Counted from the first letter of the whole stretch, positions 37,595 to 51,715 are shown. The stretch is DNA of 61,196 bases, filler included, from Sphacelaria rigidula (GCA_964200075.2; 10 parts of 10 records of this genome joined end to end with filler, not necessarily neighbours in it), one strand, 5' to 3'. Program-made: numbers and translations. Notes: generated by a model not told the origin, from the sequence alone.

Positions 37595-40500
37595 AGCGGC
37601 GGCGGCGGCGGCAGCGGCGGCGCGGGAGGGGGTATCATGGGCTGTGAAGCCAGGAGCCGTTTCCGCTTGCAGACCTCGCGGTGCTGCGGCCGATGCTGCC
37701 GATGCGGCCGTTGCTGCTTCTGCTGCTGCAGTTAATGCTGCTGCGGCAACCTTCTGGAGATTGCACAAAGCTTCGACAGCACAGGCACCCGCGACAGGAG
37801 AGACAGTGATGCCAGGCGGCAATTCCGCTGCTGCTGCTGCTGCTACTGCTGCTGCCGCTGCTGCTGCCGCTGCCGCTGCTTCTACTTCTACTGCTGCGGC
37901 AACAGCGGCGGTGGCCGCGCCTTCATCATCGCCATCGCTGCGGGGGCTGATCGCCGCCGTGGGCGTAGTGTTGCTGAGGCTGCTGAGACGAGTAAACACG
38001 TGCATACATTAAACATGATGCATCATGCATTAGAGGCGGCGCCAGCGGGGAGGAACACGGACGGACGGACGGACGGGGAAAGGCACTGAGGTCGCCGCTC
38101 GCTTAGATAGGGTTCGGACATCTGATAGCCAAGAGCAAAGTGTACGTCGTGGTTACACCACTCCCGCTGGTTCCGTTTTGCCCCATCCCAGTCCACATAG
38201 AGAGGGCGTGATACTGTACCTACGACATATCGACGACACCGCAGCAGTCAACCGCTGGAACGGAGCGGGGTGGTGGCAAGGAAAGACAACGTCTAGAACC
38301 AAACAGGATGTTTTCGGCGGGGCGGTCCGGTCCGACAGTCGTCACAACATGCGACATACACACCCGACCTGCTCGTGGTGAAAACATCTGTCATACACAC
38401 CTTACGCTGAGACTCCCACAAGGGAGAGAATTGACAAGAGAAACGGGGCTCGACTGTGGCTCAATCACCACGAGAAATATAATGAGGACGGTACAGTTCA
38501 ATATCCTGCAGAGCGAAGAGTCTCAGCCTCGACCGAAACATGCGTTTCTTCTCGACGGACCGGGTCCGCATACAAGGGCTGCTGTGAGCGGGGAGGACTC
38601 ACCTTGAAGCGCCCATTGTTGCCGTGCTGTCGCCGTGCAGACCGACGGGGCGGACGTTGCTGGCGGGGACCTCGGTTCCATCACCAGGAGTGTCGCGAGC
38701 AGTGTCGCGAGGAGTGGCGGATATCTTGCTGAAGAAAGATCGGGCTGTGATGCCGTTCGTAGTGGAGGAATGGGGAGCGAAACGGGTGGAAAGTGCAGAG
38801 ATCGATCGACGAGATACAGAGAACAACTCATGGCCAACAAGCTCACCGATCATGTGCATGTTCCACTATGATGCGTCTACCAATGCATGTCTACATCGGA
38901 TATCGACAGCAGCAACAGCAAAACTGCATCACTAAATTGTGACAGCAACGGTCGCGTCTATTCCACCAGGATCAACATCATGCGGTAGGTTCCAGCCTAT
39001 CGTAGACCACCCGCGCCGGATAACAAGAGTGTGGTGGCCGAATATGACGATGGACTATGCGCCGATGCAAAACACACTCAGACACACAACAACAAACTCA
39101 GACGTGCGTTCGCGTAGGAGGAATGGACAAGACACAATTCAAGCTTGAGTTTTGGTAGTACATACCGTCTCTGGCCTGCTGCACTCTGCGCAGCAAGTTG
39201 ATAGCTTCTCCTTGCCTCTCATTTTGAGAGGCCAGCGCATCCTTCTTCGCCACCACCTGGTCGATGTGGCGGCGCAAATTGTCGATTTCCTTCCGCTTCT
39301 GGCGGAGACACCGGTTCTTGGTCTTCGCGGCCTGCACGAGGTATTTGACCCGCTGAAGGGCATCTTGACCTTTAGCCTTTGCCACCTTGTCTGTCGCACA
39401 CTGGCAGTAGGGCAATAAGGTACGGAGGCATGTTGAAGTAGGATGAGGCGACGTGTGGGGAAGCACGATGCATAGCCTTGATAGGCCGGTGGGGTAAACT
39501 CGTGCTCATCACAAGAGTGCGGACTGTACCACGGTCTGACCGCGCTATGCCCAGAGGTGTGCCTCGACTACGGGCAGATTCATATCGCAACTCTGTTCCT
39601 GTGATCTCCCACGGTGCACGCACGCTGTTCCTTCTTCTCCAATACTTTTGGACAGAAGACAACCGATAGTCTATTTCAGAGTATGGATGCGCTGGTCTAT
39701 TGAAAAAAAAATTGAAACAAAAGCAATGCCGCAGCTGAGAGGGGGGGCCGGGGGTAGCGTCACCTGCATAATGTAGAAATGGTTCGGTAGAGAACACCAG
39801 CACGCATTGGACTGTGTTTTGTGTTATACACACCAGACAGAGGGCAAAAAAATCCAACCACCCAATGTCAACGCAGGTACCGGAGGATAGAGATGGATCC
39901 ATACCAAAGGTGGGTCGGGTCGGGTCGTCGGGTGCAAAGTCGGGTATTTGGGGTGTCGAGGATACCTTGGGTACTCTTAGATATTGCGAACTTTCAGCAC
40001 TGCACACCCTGGGTACCCTGGAACAGCGTTTTAGAAAGTTAGTATCCTGCGTACCGTGAAACACTCACCGAGTATTTCGCGCAGTCGCTACCCTGGGTAC
40101 TTCGTCCATATTCTCAGTAGTTCAGGTACTTCGAGTGGGGGGATTCCCGAGGTAAGCGGAATGCCGAGTCTTCCGACGACGAGCACCCTGGCTACCCCGA
40201 GTACTTTTACCCAATATTCCGGGGACTACACGGGGTATTTCAGGGGGCGGGCACCTCGGGCACTCAACGATACCAATGCTTTCGGCAGATATTACCATGG
40301 GTATCCCACCATCCTGAATATTTTCGGCTGACAACACCCTGCGTACCCTGAAATAGTTCGTGCTTTCGGTAGCCGATACCCGCACGAACCGTGGGCGTAT
40401 AGGGCACTCCAAATGCCCCTAACACACAGGGTACCCCCGGATACGTACCTTACCCTCAACAAATTCAGTTGAATTCTTCACATGACCGACTCATCGCGAG

Positions 40501-41822
40501 AAGGGTGGGGAGGGGAAGTGAGAGTACGAAAACGAAAATCAAATGTCGGCAATGGTCACGGCACAGACGTCTCGGGAACGGCACTTGAACAGGACTGAGT
40601 AGCCAATCGTAGCGCACTTGTAACGACTCTTGGCGGCAGACTACATCCATGCACTGCAGTGCGCATTCGCGCATTCGTACCTCTTCGCCAGGTGCCTGTG
40701 AGCGTTTCCCAGTGACCCAGCGTACAAATCTGCGCCGGACGCACATGAGCGGCAAGGTCCACAGCAGCACATGCACGAGTGTGGGAGTGGGCTACATCAA
40801 TGGAAGAGTAACGACTACGTCGAGCGTTGTTGCTGTTCGTCCTATTTCTCGCCAGCACTCAACAACAAGCACCAGGCTACACGCTGCTGCGCGCAGTTGA
40901 GCCATCACCAACCCAAACACAGACATGTTCACCCATGATCATGTCGGATAAGCGCGGTTGTTCTTCAGCCGCGCAAGCGAATGATATCGGGCTGGGTTGT
41001 ACAGCAGTACTGGAAAGACGTTGTTATGCTGTTCGACCGCGATTCATGCCAACATTTTCTCCCCAGTGTTTCATGACCAACGATGCAAAAACCATAAATA
41101 AAGGTGGCCTAGCGTATATGGACCGTGGTGACATGACTGACATGACTGCGCGACCGTGTTCCCTGAACAAACCAATTCGCCAAGGAGAATCGGAGAGACG
41201 CAAGGAAGGCCATAACGATGAAATCGTACACGGGTACTGTCTCAGTCCAACAAGCAAAGGTCGTTTCCAGAACCTCCAACCCTAGCGATGATGATCAGAG
41301 CATGAAAAAACAATAACGCAAGGCATACAACGAACTGCCTGACTACGATGAAAAAAACATTTTATCGCGATTGCAAACTTGCCTTTGTTCCCAGACCCCA
41401 ACAATTGTCGTGGCAGCGATGGCGATGCTCGTCTGCCTGCACACTATTTTGCAAATTCAAGACACATGAGTGTCAGAAATAAAACAAAACAGCAGACGCA
41501 AACCCCCTCAACAGCCCGCAACTTCGCGCTCTCGTGCACTGCATCCATCTTCCCAAAGGATATTCCTGTACTTCGTACAGATACTCGATACCAAGCAGCC
41601 GAGGAAATCAATACCCCTTCACAAATTTCGGCACTGAAGAATGACCAAAGAATGATCAAACCCGGGCAAACATGGATTGACGAAACCTTGCGTACGTACC
41701 TGTCACACGTTGCCGTATAACGCTCCGTTTTCGCCGTGTTTAGCTGCAGCGGGGCGACCAAGCCATCGGGCCTTGCTCGTTTGAAACGAGCTCGGCGGAT
41801 ACGCCGCACGCCCAAGGCGATC
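37340..41822 (-). CDS. Unknown multi-exon protein with coiled-coil and poly-Ala regions; approximate exons 41700-41822, 39166-39390, 38603-38744, 37340-37983
   Basis: GC-rich segments bounded by AG/GT; coiled-coil-like RQKRKEIDNLRRHIDQVVAKKDALASQNERQ; (GCA)n poly-Ala tracts; exon set probably incomplete. Confidence 0.5.
39888..40460. repeat. Probable non-autonomous DNA element rich in GGGTAC/GTACCC motifs
   Basis: Starts TAGAGATGG; many short ggtacc-type subrepeats; matching TIR not found. Confidence 0.4.
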
Positions 41823-42909
41823 CTGCCAGGGCAAGGACGGGTCGACAGCCAAACCTACAAGTCGTGTGCGCGCGCGTGTGTGTGGGAGAGGAGCAGGGGG
41901 TAGTGGTGGGGGATCGACAGTAAACGGCGGACAAGAGGCGACGCATGCCCGACCGCAAAGCAAGATTTGGACACGGATCGGGTTCAACGTCTCTGTGCCT
42001 CATGGACAAGACGAGGGCAACTAAACTATTTGAACACCGATTGGGGCAAGCTCTCCTCTATGAGCGAGACCAGGGTAACTGCGGTACTCGTGTCAAGATT
42101 CGGGGGTAAAACGTGTATGGGCGGTAGATACGTACACATGTACACGCACACGCACGCACAAGCCATACATATATACTACATGGTATTAAATACAAGATGC
42201 ATGATACACAATATATGATACATGATACATAGATACACAATACACAATACATGATACGCGATACACGATACACGATGAAAAAGTACATGTTTTGAAGCAA
42301 AAGAGGGTGCCGAAAACATTCTAGGAGGCAAACGACGGCCAACACAGGTGTGAAGAATCGAAAGAAATTTTCATGTACCATATCCATGTATCATTTTGTA
42401 TCCATGTGCAGTACCAGCTTGACGCGCACTACAACTTGTACTGTTGTACTGCTAGAGATGTGATGGGTCGGAATCCGACACTATAATAGACTCTCGTCGC
42501 GTCTAGTGCTGCTCCAACACGTGGGAACGAGAGTTTACTGATGACAATTCGATTAAAGTTCGCCGAGTGCAACCGCAAGACCCGGGGAAAAGATGGGTTG
42601 ACTAACTCGCTTCACACTAATGGACTACCCCCACGGAAGGGAATGGGACACAACTTACTTTGTATGTCGTAGTTGGCTGCTGTAAATAGGCTTTGACAGC
42701 CATAGGGCCGTACCAGCTGCAGCCCCTCCCCCCCCCCTCCCGTCTCGGAAGGGATGCGTGGTCAATGGTCAAACGACTAAGGCAAGCAACAAATGAGTAC
42801 GCCCCCCCCNNNNNNNNNNNNNNNNNNNNNNNNNNNNNNNNNNNNNNNNNNNNTTAATTAATTAANNNNNNNNNNNNNNNNNNNNNNNNNNNNNNNNNNN
42901 NNNNNNNNN

Positions 42910-43083
42910 CGAAAAGTCAACACCCGCACACCTATGTCCCCCACCCCCCTACTCCCCCGGAGGGCCGAAATAAAAAAAAAAAGCATTGGTTTGTATGGTG
43001 GTCTAGCACCCTACCGCCCCCCCTGAGAGGTCCAAAATAAACAAATGGGACATAGGTGTGCGAGTTGTTTTCGTGCACCCCTG
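42910..43083. mobile_element. Small TIR MITE, left end cut by contig edge
   Basis: cgcacacctatgtccc and gggacataggtgtgcg are inverted; right end …tttcgtgcacccctg. Confidence 0.72.
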
Positions 43084-43243
43084 ATGGATCGAAAGATTTT
43101 ATTTATCCCGGCGCAGGTACTCAAAATAATAAATCCACACCCCACTTGTAAAACCCCGTGTTTGACGTACTAGGAGCGCGAGTGCAGCTTTCATAACGAC
43201 ACGCTCTACCCTCGGCCGATTTGCTGTTCCATGTGTGCTGCAG

Positions 43244-46200
43244 ATGGTGCACAATATCTTCTGCTCGTCTGATGCGGTGGTAGCCTCTGGCCGCCCCCCT
43301 CCAAAGTCCTCATACTCACGTTGCTGTGGAACCACGACTGCCCTCACATCAAGCTGAAAAAAACCATGCGCTTCACCAAATGCGATGTTTGCACTATTGC
43401 TAACGAGAGCCTCGACGTACAGCGCAGAAAGGGGGGCTCGGGGTGGCTCACGGAAGAGATGGCGGAGATAAAATTCACCTCCGAGATCACTACGAGGTGT
43501 GCACGTATGGGGTTTTTTGTACCGTAGTGGGAAATGTTGTACCTGATGACATCACCCTGCTTGTATCGGGGGGTGGAGGGGGGGTGTGCAGGAACTAGCC
43601 TGTCGTTTGTCGGTATTTGTGAGTGGTTCGATACCAAGCCCGTGGCAAGTTTTCACTGAATTTAATATAGTGCGTGGATGGGTGCAACACACCACCGTGC
43701 ACAACTGTGCTGCTGCCCGATGGTGACACGTTCAAATGCGCGTTGACGCCCGACTACGGTTGGTTCTGCGTCATTGAATCTGTGTACATACAGTTGTGAC
43801 CCCGAGATGACAACGCCTGGTAACATGACAGATCCTTCTTTGTCCGGCCGCGTAATCTGTTACATGGTTTGGCCGCGACCTTCTCCAGGACGTGAAGAGG
43901 TCGAGAGGGGTGTATATGGCAGCCAAGACACGTGCAAAGGCTACTCCGGACGAGTTGCTGTGCATAGCGATCGACGGGAGCGACCAGTCAAGCTACGCCA
44001 CACCGTACTTCAGGCAGGAGACCAAAGACACAAGCAAAGGGTGGAAGGTAACACGCTGTAGTAAACAAATATTCCGAAATGGCATGGTGTACAACCACTC
44101 AGTCGCCGCTCGATGTAATAGCGAAGGCACAAGTTTGCAGCCAATAAGGAGACGGTACGTACAAATGGCGACACTCTGTCCCCGTATGGCGCCCAGTCGC
44201 TTCGATACCCTCCGACTACTACATCAGTATTTATGCGGGAGTCCTGTGTAGAAGCGAGGATGATTGCGCATCTGTGTTGTGGTAGCTTTGACCCGGTTTC
44301 AATCGAAAGACGTTGTTGTAACGATGTAGCGATATAGGCTAAATAGGGGGGGTCGGGAGATGTGGGCCGCCAGTGTTGTATAATGTAACCCAATCTAATA
44401 CATCACCTCCTGCGCCTGCAACGTCACAGATGAGATTGAAACTCATAGGCGCTCTCGTGAGCGGAAGGATGTGCATGTTCTACACGCTGGGTTCGAATTG
44501 GGAATCAGGTGAGTTCGATCTGGATCCGGACAGACACGCAAGTCCTCGCACTCGCCTGTACCGTGCATGACAGGTAGATAGAAGAAAGTCAGTATACTCC
44601 CCCTACGTGAAAAGGGGGGGGGGGGGATGCTGCGGGGAGGGCGGGGGCACTGAGGAGAAGGTGGCGTGAAATTCTGCCCATATATCGACCAGACTGTGCG
44701 TCGACCATTATGTGGTCGCTGCTCCCGTCCCGTGACGCCACAGACCAGGACACTTCGACCAAACATTAGCGGCGACGCCTTACGTTTGCCGGGGGCGCTT
44801 TGACAGACATTTCGTCTTTGCTTCCGCGTGAAATCAGGGTCGAACCTCACCATCCAAGTCCTCCACGCCACGCTAACGGAGGTAACGGACAGTCTCAAAG
44901 AAGGCAAGATACTCTATCGAGCTCTGCACCTGCAGATGGATAACGGTTCAAGGTGAATGCATGACACGTGTGAGGTAGGGGTAAGAGAGACCGGGGGTTG
45001 GTACGTGCTCATACCGATACCCCGATCGCATTAATCCCTCTCGCCCCGCGCCCTATGGACCTTTCATTTGCCGAACAGGGAGAACAAGAACCGGATCTTC
45101 CTCGCATTCTTGCACATCCTGGTGTACCATGGTATGTTCGATTTCATCGAGCTGCACTTCGGACTGAAGGGTCACACCCACGACGGTGAGACCGCGCGGT
45201 GTAAAAGGCAATGAGGCGAAAGTTTCCCCCTTCCGTGGATACCAGTCGCTGCCTGACTTGTCGAATTGGTAAAGTAGCACACGGTGTTTTTTGTGGCCTA
45301 TACTGTCGTGCTTTATTCTTACGTGTACTCCTACCCCACGCCCTCGACCTCCCCCCGCACCCGGTCCCGCGCTACGCCAAAATAATGTACATCCCCGCAA
45401 CTGCGTATGCTGTGATGGGCGCTGGCTGGTGGACCACATGCGCGCGTCGGTGCTGGCGCCTTTGACCTCTTCAGAGATAGACCAGGTCTTCTCCAGGTAC
45501 GGGGCCTCGTCTCCATGCTGTCCTGAGTTTTCGCCCAAAACACGGGATGTTACAAATGGGGTAGGGATTTTTACTGGGTATTGGCGCCGGGAGAAATAAA
45601 GAGATAGAGCACGTCTTCACCACGTAGGGAGACTCGTCTCCATACTGTAGCGAGTTTTCACCCAAAACACGGAGTTTTACACATGGGGTATGGATTTTTT
45701 ATTGGGTATTGGCGCCAGGTTCATTAAAATCCTCGTATCCACACCACATGTTCGAAATATGGTTCCGTTTCTTCACTTACTGGTAGCCATTGACAACTAC
45801 AACATGCCATACAGATTTGGATTTCGAAAACCGAAACGTTGGGGTCGCAGATGAAAAGCCCATTTCAGCGTCCATTCGGATCGGCGAAAGACCCCGGAAT
45901 TGGTTTTTCACCTATGGGACCCCAACGTTTCGGTTTTCGAAACCCAATTTTGTATGGCGTGTAGTTGTTGTCAATAACGATCAGTAGGTGAAGAAATGGG
46001 ACCATATTTCGAACATTTGGCGTGGATACGAATATGTTGAGCGCAGATACCCAATAAAAAATCCGTGCCCAATTTGTACAATCCCATGTTCCAAGCGGAA
46101 GAGGCTTGCGTCACTTTGTTCCTAGAGAACATCATAGCACGGCATCTTTCAACAAATCCCAAGGTAACCTAGAGGATAATGTGTTGGGAAGACATTTCCA

Positions 46201-48136
46201 TACGTGCAGTTCCCTACAGAGGTTGACATTGCACAACAGGCGGCGGCACCGTTGAGGATTGAGTCTCCGGATTATTACATCTGTTTCTGACGAATAGGGT
46301 GGGAGCCGGCCTCAAGAAGACGGACGCCGCAACTCGGACCCTTCTCGGTCAACGTGTCTTGGAGTCCTACAGGGCGGGGCAACCCAACTTCAACGTTGGC
46401 CTGACGCACTTGAACAACTGTGCGAATATCCGGGACCTTCTTGTCGGCTGCATGTATCCGACTCCCTCTGTCACGAAGCCGCAGGCGTTCAAGGTGTCGA
46501 GAGATCCTACGGACGGCTTAGTCAAGATGCAAGTGCAGGAAAGAAGCTACAGGGACGATTGGGGCGTGATCAACAGGTGCATCGTGTAGGATAGCATCCG
46601 AGGATTGAAATATATATATATATATATATATTCGCAGCTTCTTCAGGTTTTCTTTCACAACTAGTCGCGGTTGCTCTTTGAGGGTCGAAAGACAGGGTCC
46701 GATGAGAAAGGGTTGAGCATGGAGCATAACATGTATGAATAGTGCAAACCGTGGCCGTCCGCTCGTTTGCGATGCTTCGAAAAAAAGGAACGGCGAGTAC
46801 GGCGAGGGGTACATGACCATCATAAAGAGCTGGCCTGACCTGCGGGATACACCTGATCACCCACGGAAAGTGGTGGACGACCACACCCTGAACCAGCACC
46901 GCTTGTGCATCGAGGCTTCCGAGCGACGGATCGAGACTTACTGCCACAGCGTCGGTGAGTGTCTGAGCATCCCAACTACGGTGGTGCCTGTACGGCCGCT
47001 GGAAATTGCACGGGTGATCTTGGTGAAGCATCACCCAAGCACCCCCCCACCGAGAAGTCTTAGTCATGACCTGGCCCAGTTGGTCAGTGCCATGCGTCAC
47101 GGTAGTGCGAAAAAGGATAACGTTGTCGTATTTGCTATAGACACGGGTAGGCACCGATTTTGACACTTGCCGGAACAGGGACCCTTGTACGTACGGCGGA
47201 CCATCTGGCAAGGGCCACCTACGTCGAGTTATGGATAGTCGCGCTCCGTGTGTTACGTTTTCGTACACAAACTCCCGTGATTCACCCGCACGGTGATTTT
47301 TCTCGATAGGACAGTTCTTTCCCATCTTATCATTAATGGAGGCTGCACGCACCGTGCTATACGCCAATATACCGTCTAATAACACAGGTGAGCTGCCGGA
47401 GGGGTTGTCGGCGAACCAATATCACAGGGCGTTGATGTCGCAACTGGCGTCAAGCGTTATCGACGTTGGGAAGTCGACGCCTGTTCCTTTCGACTGGAAT
47501 CTGTCCCTGTATAGTAGGCCCGAGTCAAACGAGAGCACAGATAATGATGGCGGGGCTTCGGACTCAGGTACACGCGATAGCACGGGTGATGCGGCTCGGA
47601 CCCTTGGAGTGAGGAGCGATCCGTCTTCTACGGTGGGGGACAGAGTTGCCGGGAGTGCAGTAGCGACTGGAGCTTTCCCCGTCCCACAAGAAGGGGGGGG
47701 GAGGAGGCGCGGCCTGAGTAGAACGCCGGGGCCGCTATTGAGGGTGGAGGTTGGAGAGTTTGTTGCTTTTTCGCAGCCGAAGTGCTCGCCGTTGTCGGTC
47801 TGTGTCGGGAAAATATTTTCCATGAAGAAGGGGGTAGATGGGGACGAGGTGGAACTTCAGTGGCACATGCCAAAGAAGGTAGATGCCAACGCACCGCGGT
47901 CAAGATATGGGAGAGGAGGGTGGACCCCCAAGTATCGCATGGTAGACGGGAAACGGGTACGCTCGATTTCCTTCGAGCACGTTGCAGCAATAAGCTGCAA
48001 ATTCGCTAAGCTTCCCACATCCACGAAACTTCCGCATCATGTGTGGTCCACTATTGCAGAAACTCCACAAGCACAAAACGCTATAGAGGACGTGGGGGAT
48101 GAAGATATTATGAATGTCGGAGATGAAGACGAGTGA
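43244..48136 (+). pseudogene. Spliced Sola-like (DUF7869-type) DDD transposase gene, 5'-partial and frameshifted; exons 43244-43496, 43889-44047, 44430-44508, 44838-44952, 45079-45185, 45475-45496, 46298-46576, 46788-46954, 47310-48136
   Basis: GT-AG introns with compatible phases rebuild RFTKCDVC, IAIDGSDQ, GSNLTIQVL, LHLQMDNGSRENKNR, HFGLKGHTHDEIDQVFSR; two apparent 1-nt deletions in the first exon. Confidence 0.85.
45667..46090. repeat. Long intronic foldback, ~200-bp arms, ~30-nt loop
   Basis: cgaaaaccgaaacgttggggtc and gaccccaacgtttcggttttcg are inverted; pairing continues outward. Confidence 0.9.
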
Positions 48137-51100
48137 TAGGCTAAGAGTTGACCGACACCCGGCGTTCGGGGCTTGTCATGTGCAGCAATTCCCGTTGCAC
48201 CACCGATTTTGTCCGGTTGTGTACTGGCTTCAATTCGCGCGCGTGATAGTCGCCTTGTTATCGGAAATATTGTGCAGCTATATTGCTGTCGATATGGTCT
48301 TGGTCGCGGTTGGTTACAGCTTCTGCGTATATCAAGTTGTGCAGCGTTCTCGGGAATACAGGCGGTTCGGCCGCAGGTGCAATAATTACAATCCTCGCAA
48401 CACAATATCTCTCATAGGAGGGATTGTTTTCATGGCTTGGCCCAAAATGTTGTTAACAACTACCTGCTGATGATGAAATACTCTTTTCCATCGCAAAAGT
48501 GAACAAACCTGGAATTCGCTCACGACAAGGCGGTTTGTTTGTAAGACGTCAGTGGCATATGTATCGCGGGTTGAGGGTTTGTCCCTCGTGATATACAGTG
48601 TTGACTTGATACTCGGAACAGTTGCGATACTTCATCTCTGCACTTGTCGAAACATTATTCGAAACTTGTCCTCTTACTGTTGTTAGCGGAGTTTGCAGCC
48701 AAAAACGGATGAATAAACACTACCCTTTAGAATGTCTCGGTTTTCCACCAATGCCCTACCCAAGCATCTTCCTACGGAGATTATGAAAGTATCACCAGTT
48801 ACCGCACCAGGATTCTCCAACGTCGCGACCAAGCATTTTCGCTTGAAACCCAGTGAAACATCAACAGGTTTGCCGGCAGGAGTTTGCACCAATGTCCGAG
48901 GTAAGAGTTTTGTCCATTAATGATGCAGGCACAAGCGGNNNNNNNNNNNNNNNNNNNNNNNNNNNNNNNNNNNNNNNNNNNNTTAATTAATTAANNNNNN
49001 NNNNNNNNNNNNNNNNNNNNNNNNNNNNNNNNNNNNNNGCGAGGAGCGCCCCGCGCCTCGGGGCCGGGCGGGGGCGGCGGGGGGGGGCGCGTCGGGGGCG
49101 GGGCGGCGGTGCTGGGGGGGGGCTGCCATGTGCTACATCAAGACGTCTCTTTTGTCGACAACAGTCTCCTCCTCTTGGAGAGAAGTCACCATACCAACAG
49201 TATCCGCAGAACATCAATCGTACGGAAACTAGCAGAACACTAACTGATCCCGCACTGCTATTACTTGCCTACAAAGCGGTCCCTTGCCCCACTCGCGGTT
49301 ATCCCACCAACCCGAGTCGACCTTCACCCGAACAAAATGCAGGTCAATTACCCTCGGCCACAGGGAGGTCCAACCTAGAAACCTTCACAGTGCCAAGGAA
49401 AATATGCCTACGGACAACTGGGGTAAGGCATCACGACGCGGCGCTATGAACAAAACCTCGGATCCTAGCCTGTCTAGGACCCATACGGGTCCATTAAGTG
49501 GTTCTGCGGAAACTAGCGCGGGGATTGACCGCCCCGCCGAGCCACGATATGCAGTCACGGTTAAGGTATCATCCATGGTGGGAAGAAATATACTTGCCAC
49601 AGACATCATCTCGAAAAATCGTTACTCTTCCAATCAACTCCAAAAACCGCGTGTCGCTCCGTGCGGCAGTGTACACACTTTGACTATAATACACTGTTTA
49701 CACTGTCCGGAACTTCCGCGAAAAAAAAACGTCTTGAACCAAACAAAACCGCAAAACCCACCGCGTGATCTCATCCATGTCTATGAGTAGTCCCTCCTCT
49801 CCAAAGGGCCGTCGATTACGCCGGCCGTCGAGCAAGGAATAACGGCAAATTAGATTCCCAGAGCTTTTTGTGGGAATCAACTAACAAGAAAAAAATGAGT
49901 GCTACTTTTCTTTTTGTTCGTTTCCGGCAGCGAGTTTCAGTACACACCAGCTGTTTTTCAGGCTTGTGACACACAAGTGAGCCAGCCGTGGACACGACCT
50001 CGGAGATATATCTCTTACAAATCATCGAAACTTGTGTAGTGCCAAACCCTCCGCGAATTATTTATTACCGCTAGCCTTATATAATATACATGAACCACAC
50101 CGGAGTTCTCACGTCAGGCTACCCGTTCCGCCTCCTCCACAAAACCAAATCCTGTACATACACCATGCGAATGCGCTTTCGTCCGGGACAGACGGGAACG
50201 GATTCATCATCTACTATCAATCTACATCGCAGACCACAGGGTCAGTAACGCTCAGGCTCATCATCAAGTGTCAGGCCGAAAACGCCGAACAGGGTTCTTG
50301 ATCCACCCACCGATGCAAATGAAAGGGGCGAGTACGAAATCAAAATTGGTCCTGCGAACAAAATCCCACAAGAGGCCAAAAGCTCGTGCGTTCCACACCG
50401 AAACAACGACACACCTTTTGGCTTTCCTCAACAAACATAAAACATTACGAGGTACACATTCGTGTTGCGGGAAATAACCCATACGGGAGCTTTTCTTCCC
50501 GAATCCGCGTCCTCCATCAATTACTCACAAAATCCAGCACACAATTTTTTTGGTCTTTCATTTTACACTAAGATCCAAGATCCACGCACACTCTGGCCAG
50601 GAACAGCCAAGGTGATCGCGATGACAATCCGGCACACCGTTTTTCTTCTTCTTTCCACAGTAAATACAAGCACACTCTGGCCAGGAACAGCCAGGCGCGG
50701 TGGCTATACGTATGACATACCGCGCATGCATCTTGCCCCATTCCGAATCACATTTTGACAATCTCAGGAAAAACATTAAAAATATATATCAAAGTAACAG
50801 CTCGTAGCGTTTTTTTTTGCCGGCACGACACAAGAGCATGCAAATTTCCAAGGTCGTGCTCTGTAGGGTACAATATTCCCGAAAGTAGGGGATTCTTGGT
50901 TGGCATCACACCCTCGACAACCGTCAACAGTTGCAATAGTTCTATACGTTTTTCAGTAAAAAAGTTGTATCTTGCACCTTTTGACCATTGTCCGGGGTGT
51001 GGTGGCACACCAAGCCACACCGGGGCGTGAACCGAACATTCACCGGTATGGTTCCGCAGGGTATAGAGCACTGTTGCGAGCAATCCGTCGTGGCTCGGCA

Positions 51101-51715
51101 GGATATTTGCCGATACAATCGACCTCTTTTATACGTCTGCGAATTCTGCACCCGATTTTTAGGCGGCATACCCTACAGAACATAACCTTGCACATTTCAG
51201 CCGCGCCGTCGATGAGCGACGACATGGACGATTTATCAATAGAAATCATCGTCGTTTACCCCTATTTTCAAGCCCAAGAAAGCCGCCCGCAAACCCACGG
51301 CGGCTGCTGTGTATACTCGTGTATCTCCAAACCACACTGTACCGCTGAAGCGAGATAAAGACTGCTCGCTAATGCTCGAGGTGACAACGCGCCAATTGGC
51401 ACCGCTGTATTACAGCACTGCTGCTTGACCGCTACTCTGGACCAGCCCCATCAGCGGCTCTCGACTGTCAACGGGCCACTTCACAAATGAAGTTTTAACG
51501 GAACATGTTGTAACCCCATGAGGTCGGATGTGGTACACAGGAAGAGCAGGGATTCCCTATCACCCTCCCCTGCGCCCAAAAGCACTTACAACCTCCTTCG
51601 GACAAGTCTCAAAAAACACCCCGGCGGACTCTCTTTACTTGGCACCAACACCCGCTATCGTCTGCAAAAAAACGTTGGCTACATCTTGCACCCGTCGCGT
51701 AGACAGACCCTTCAC

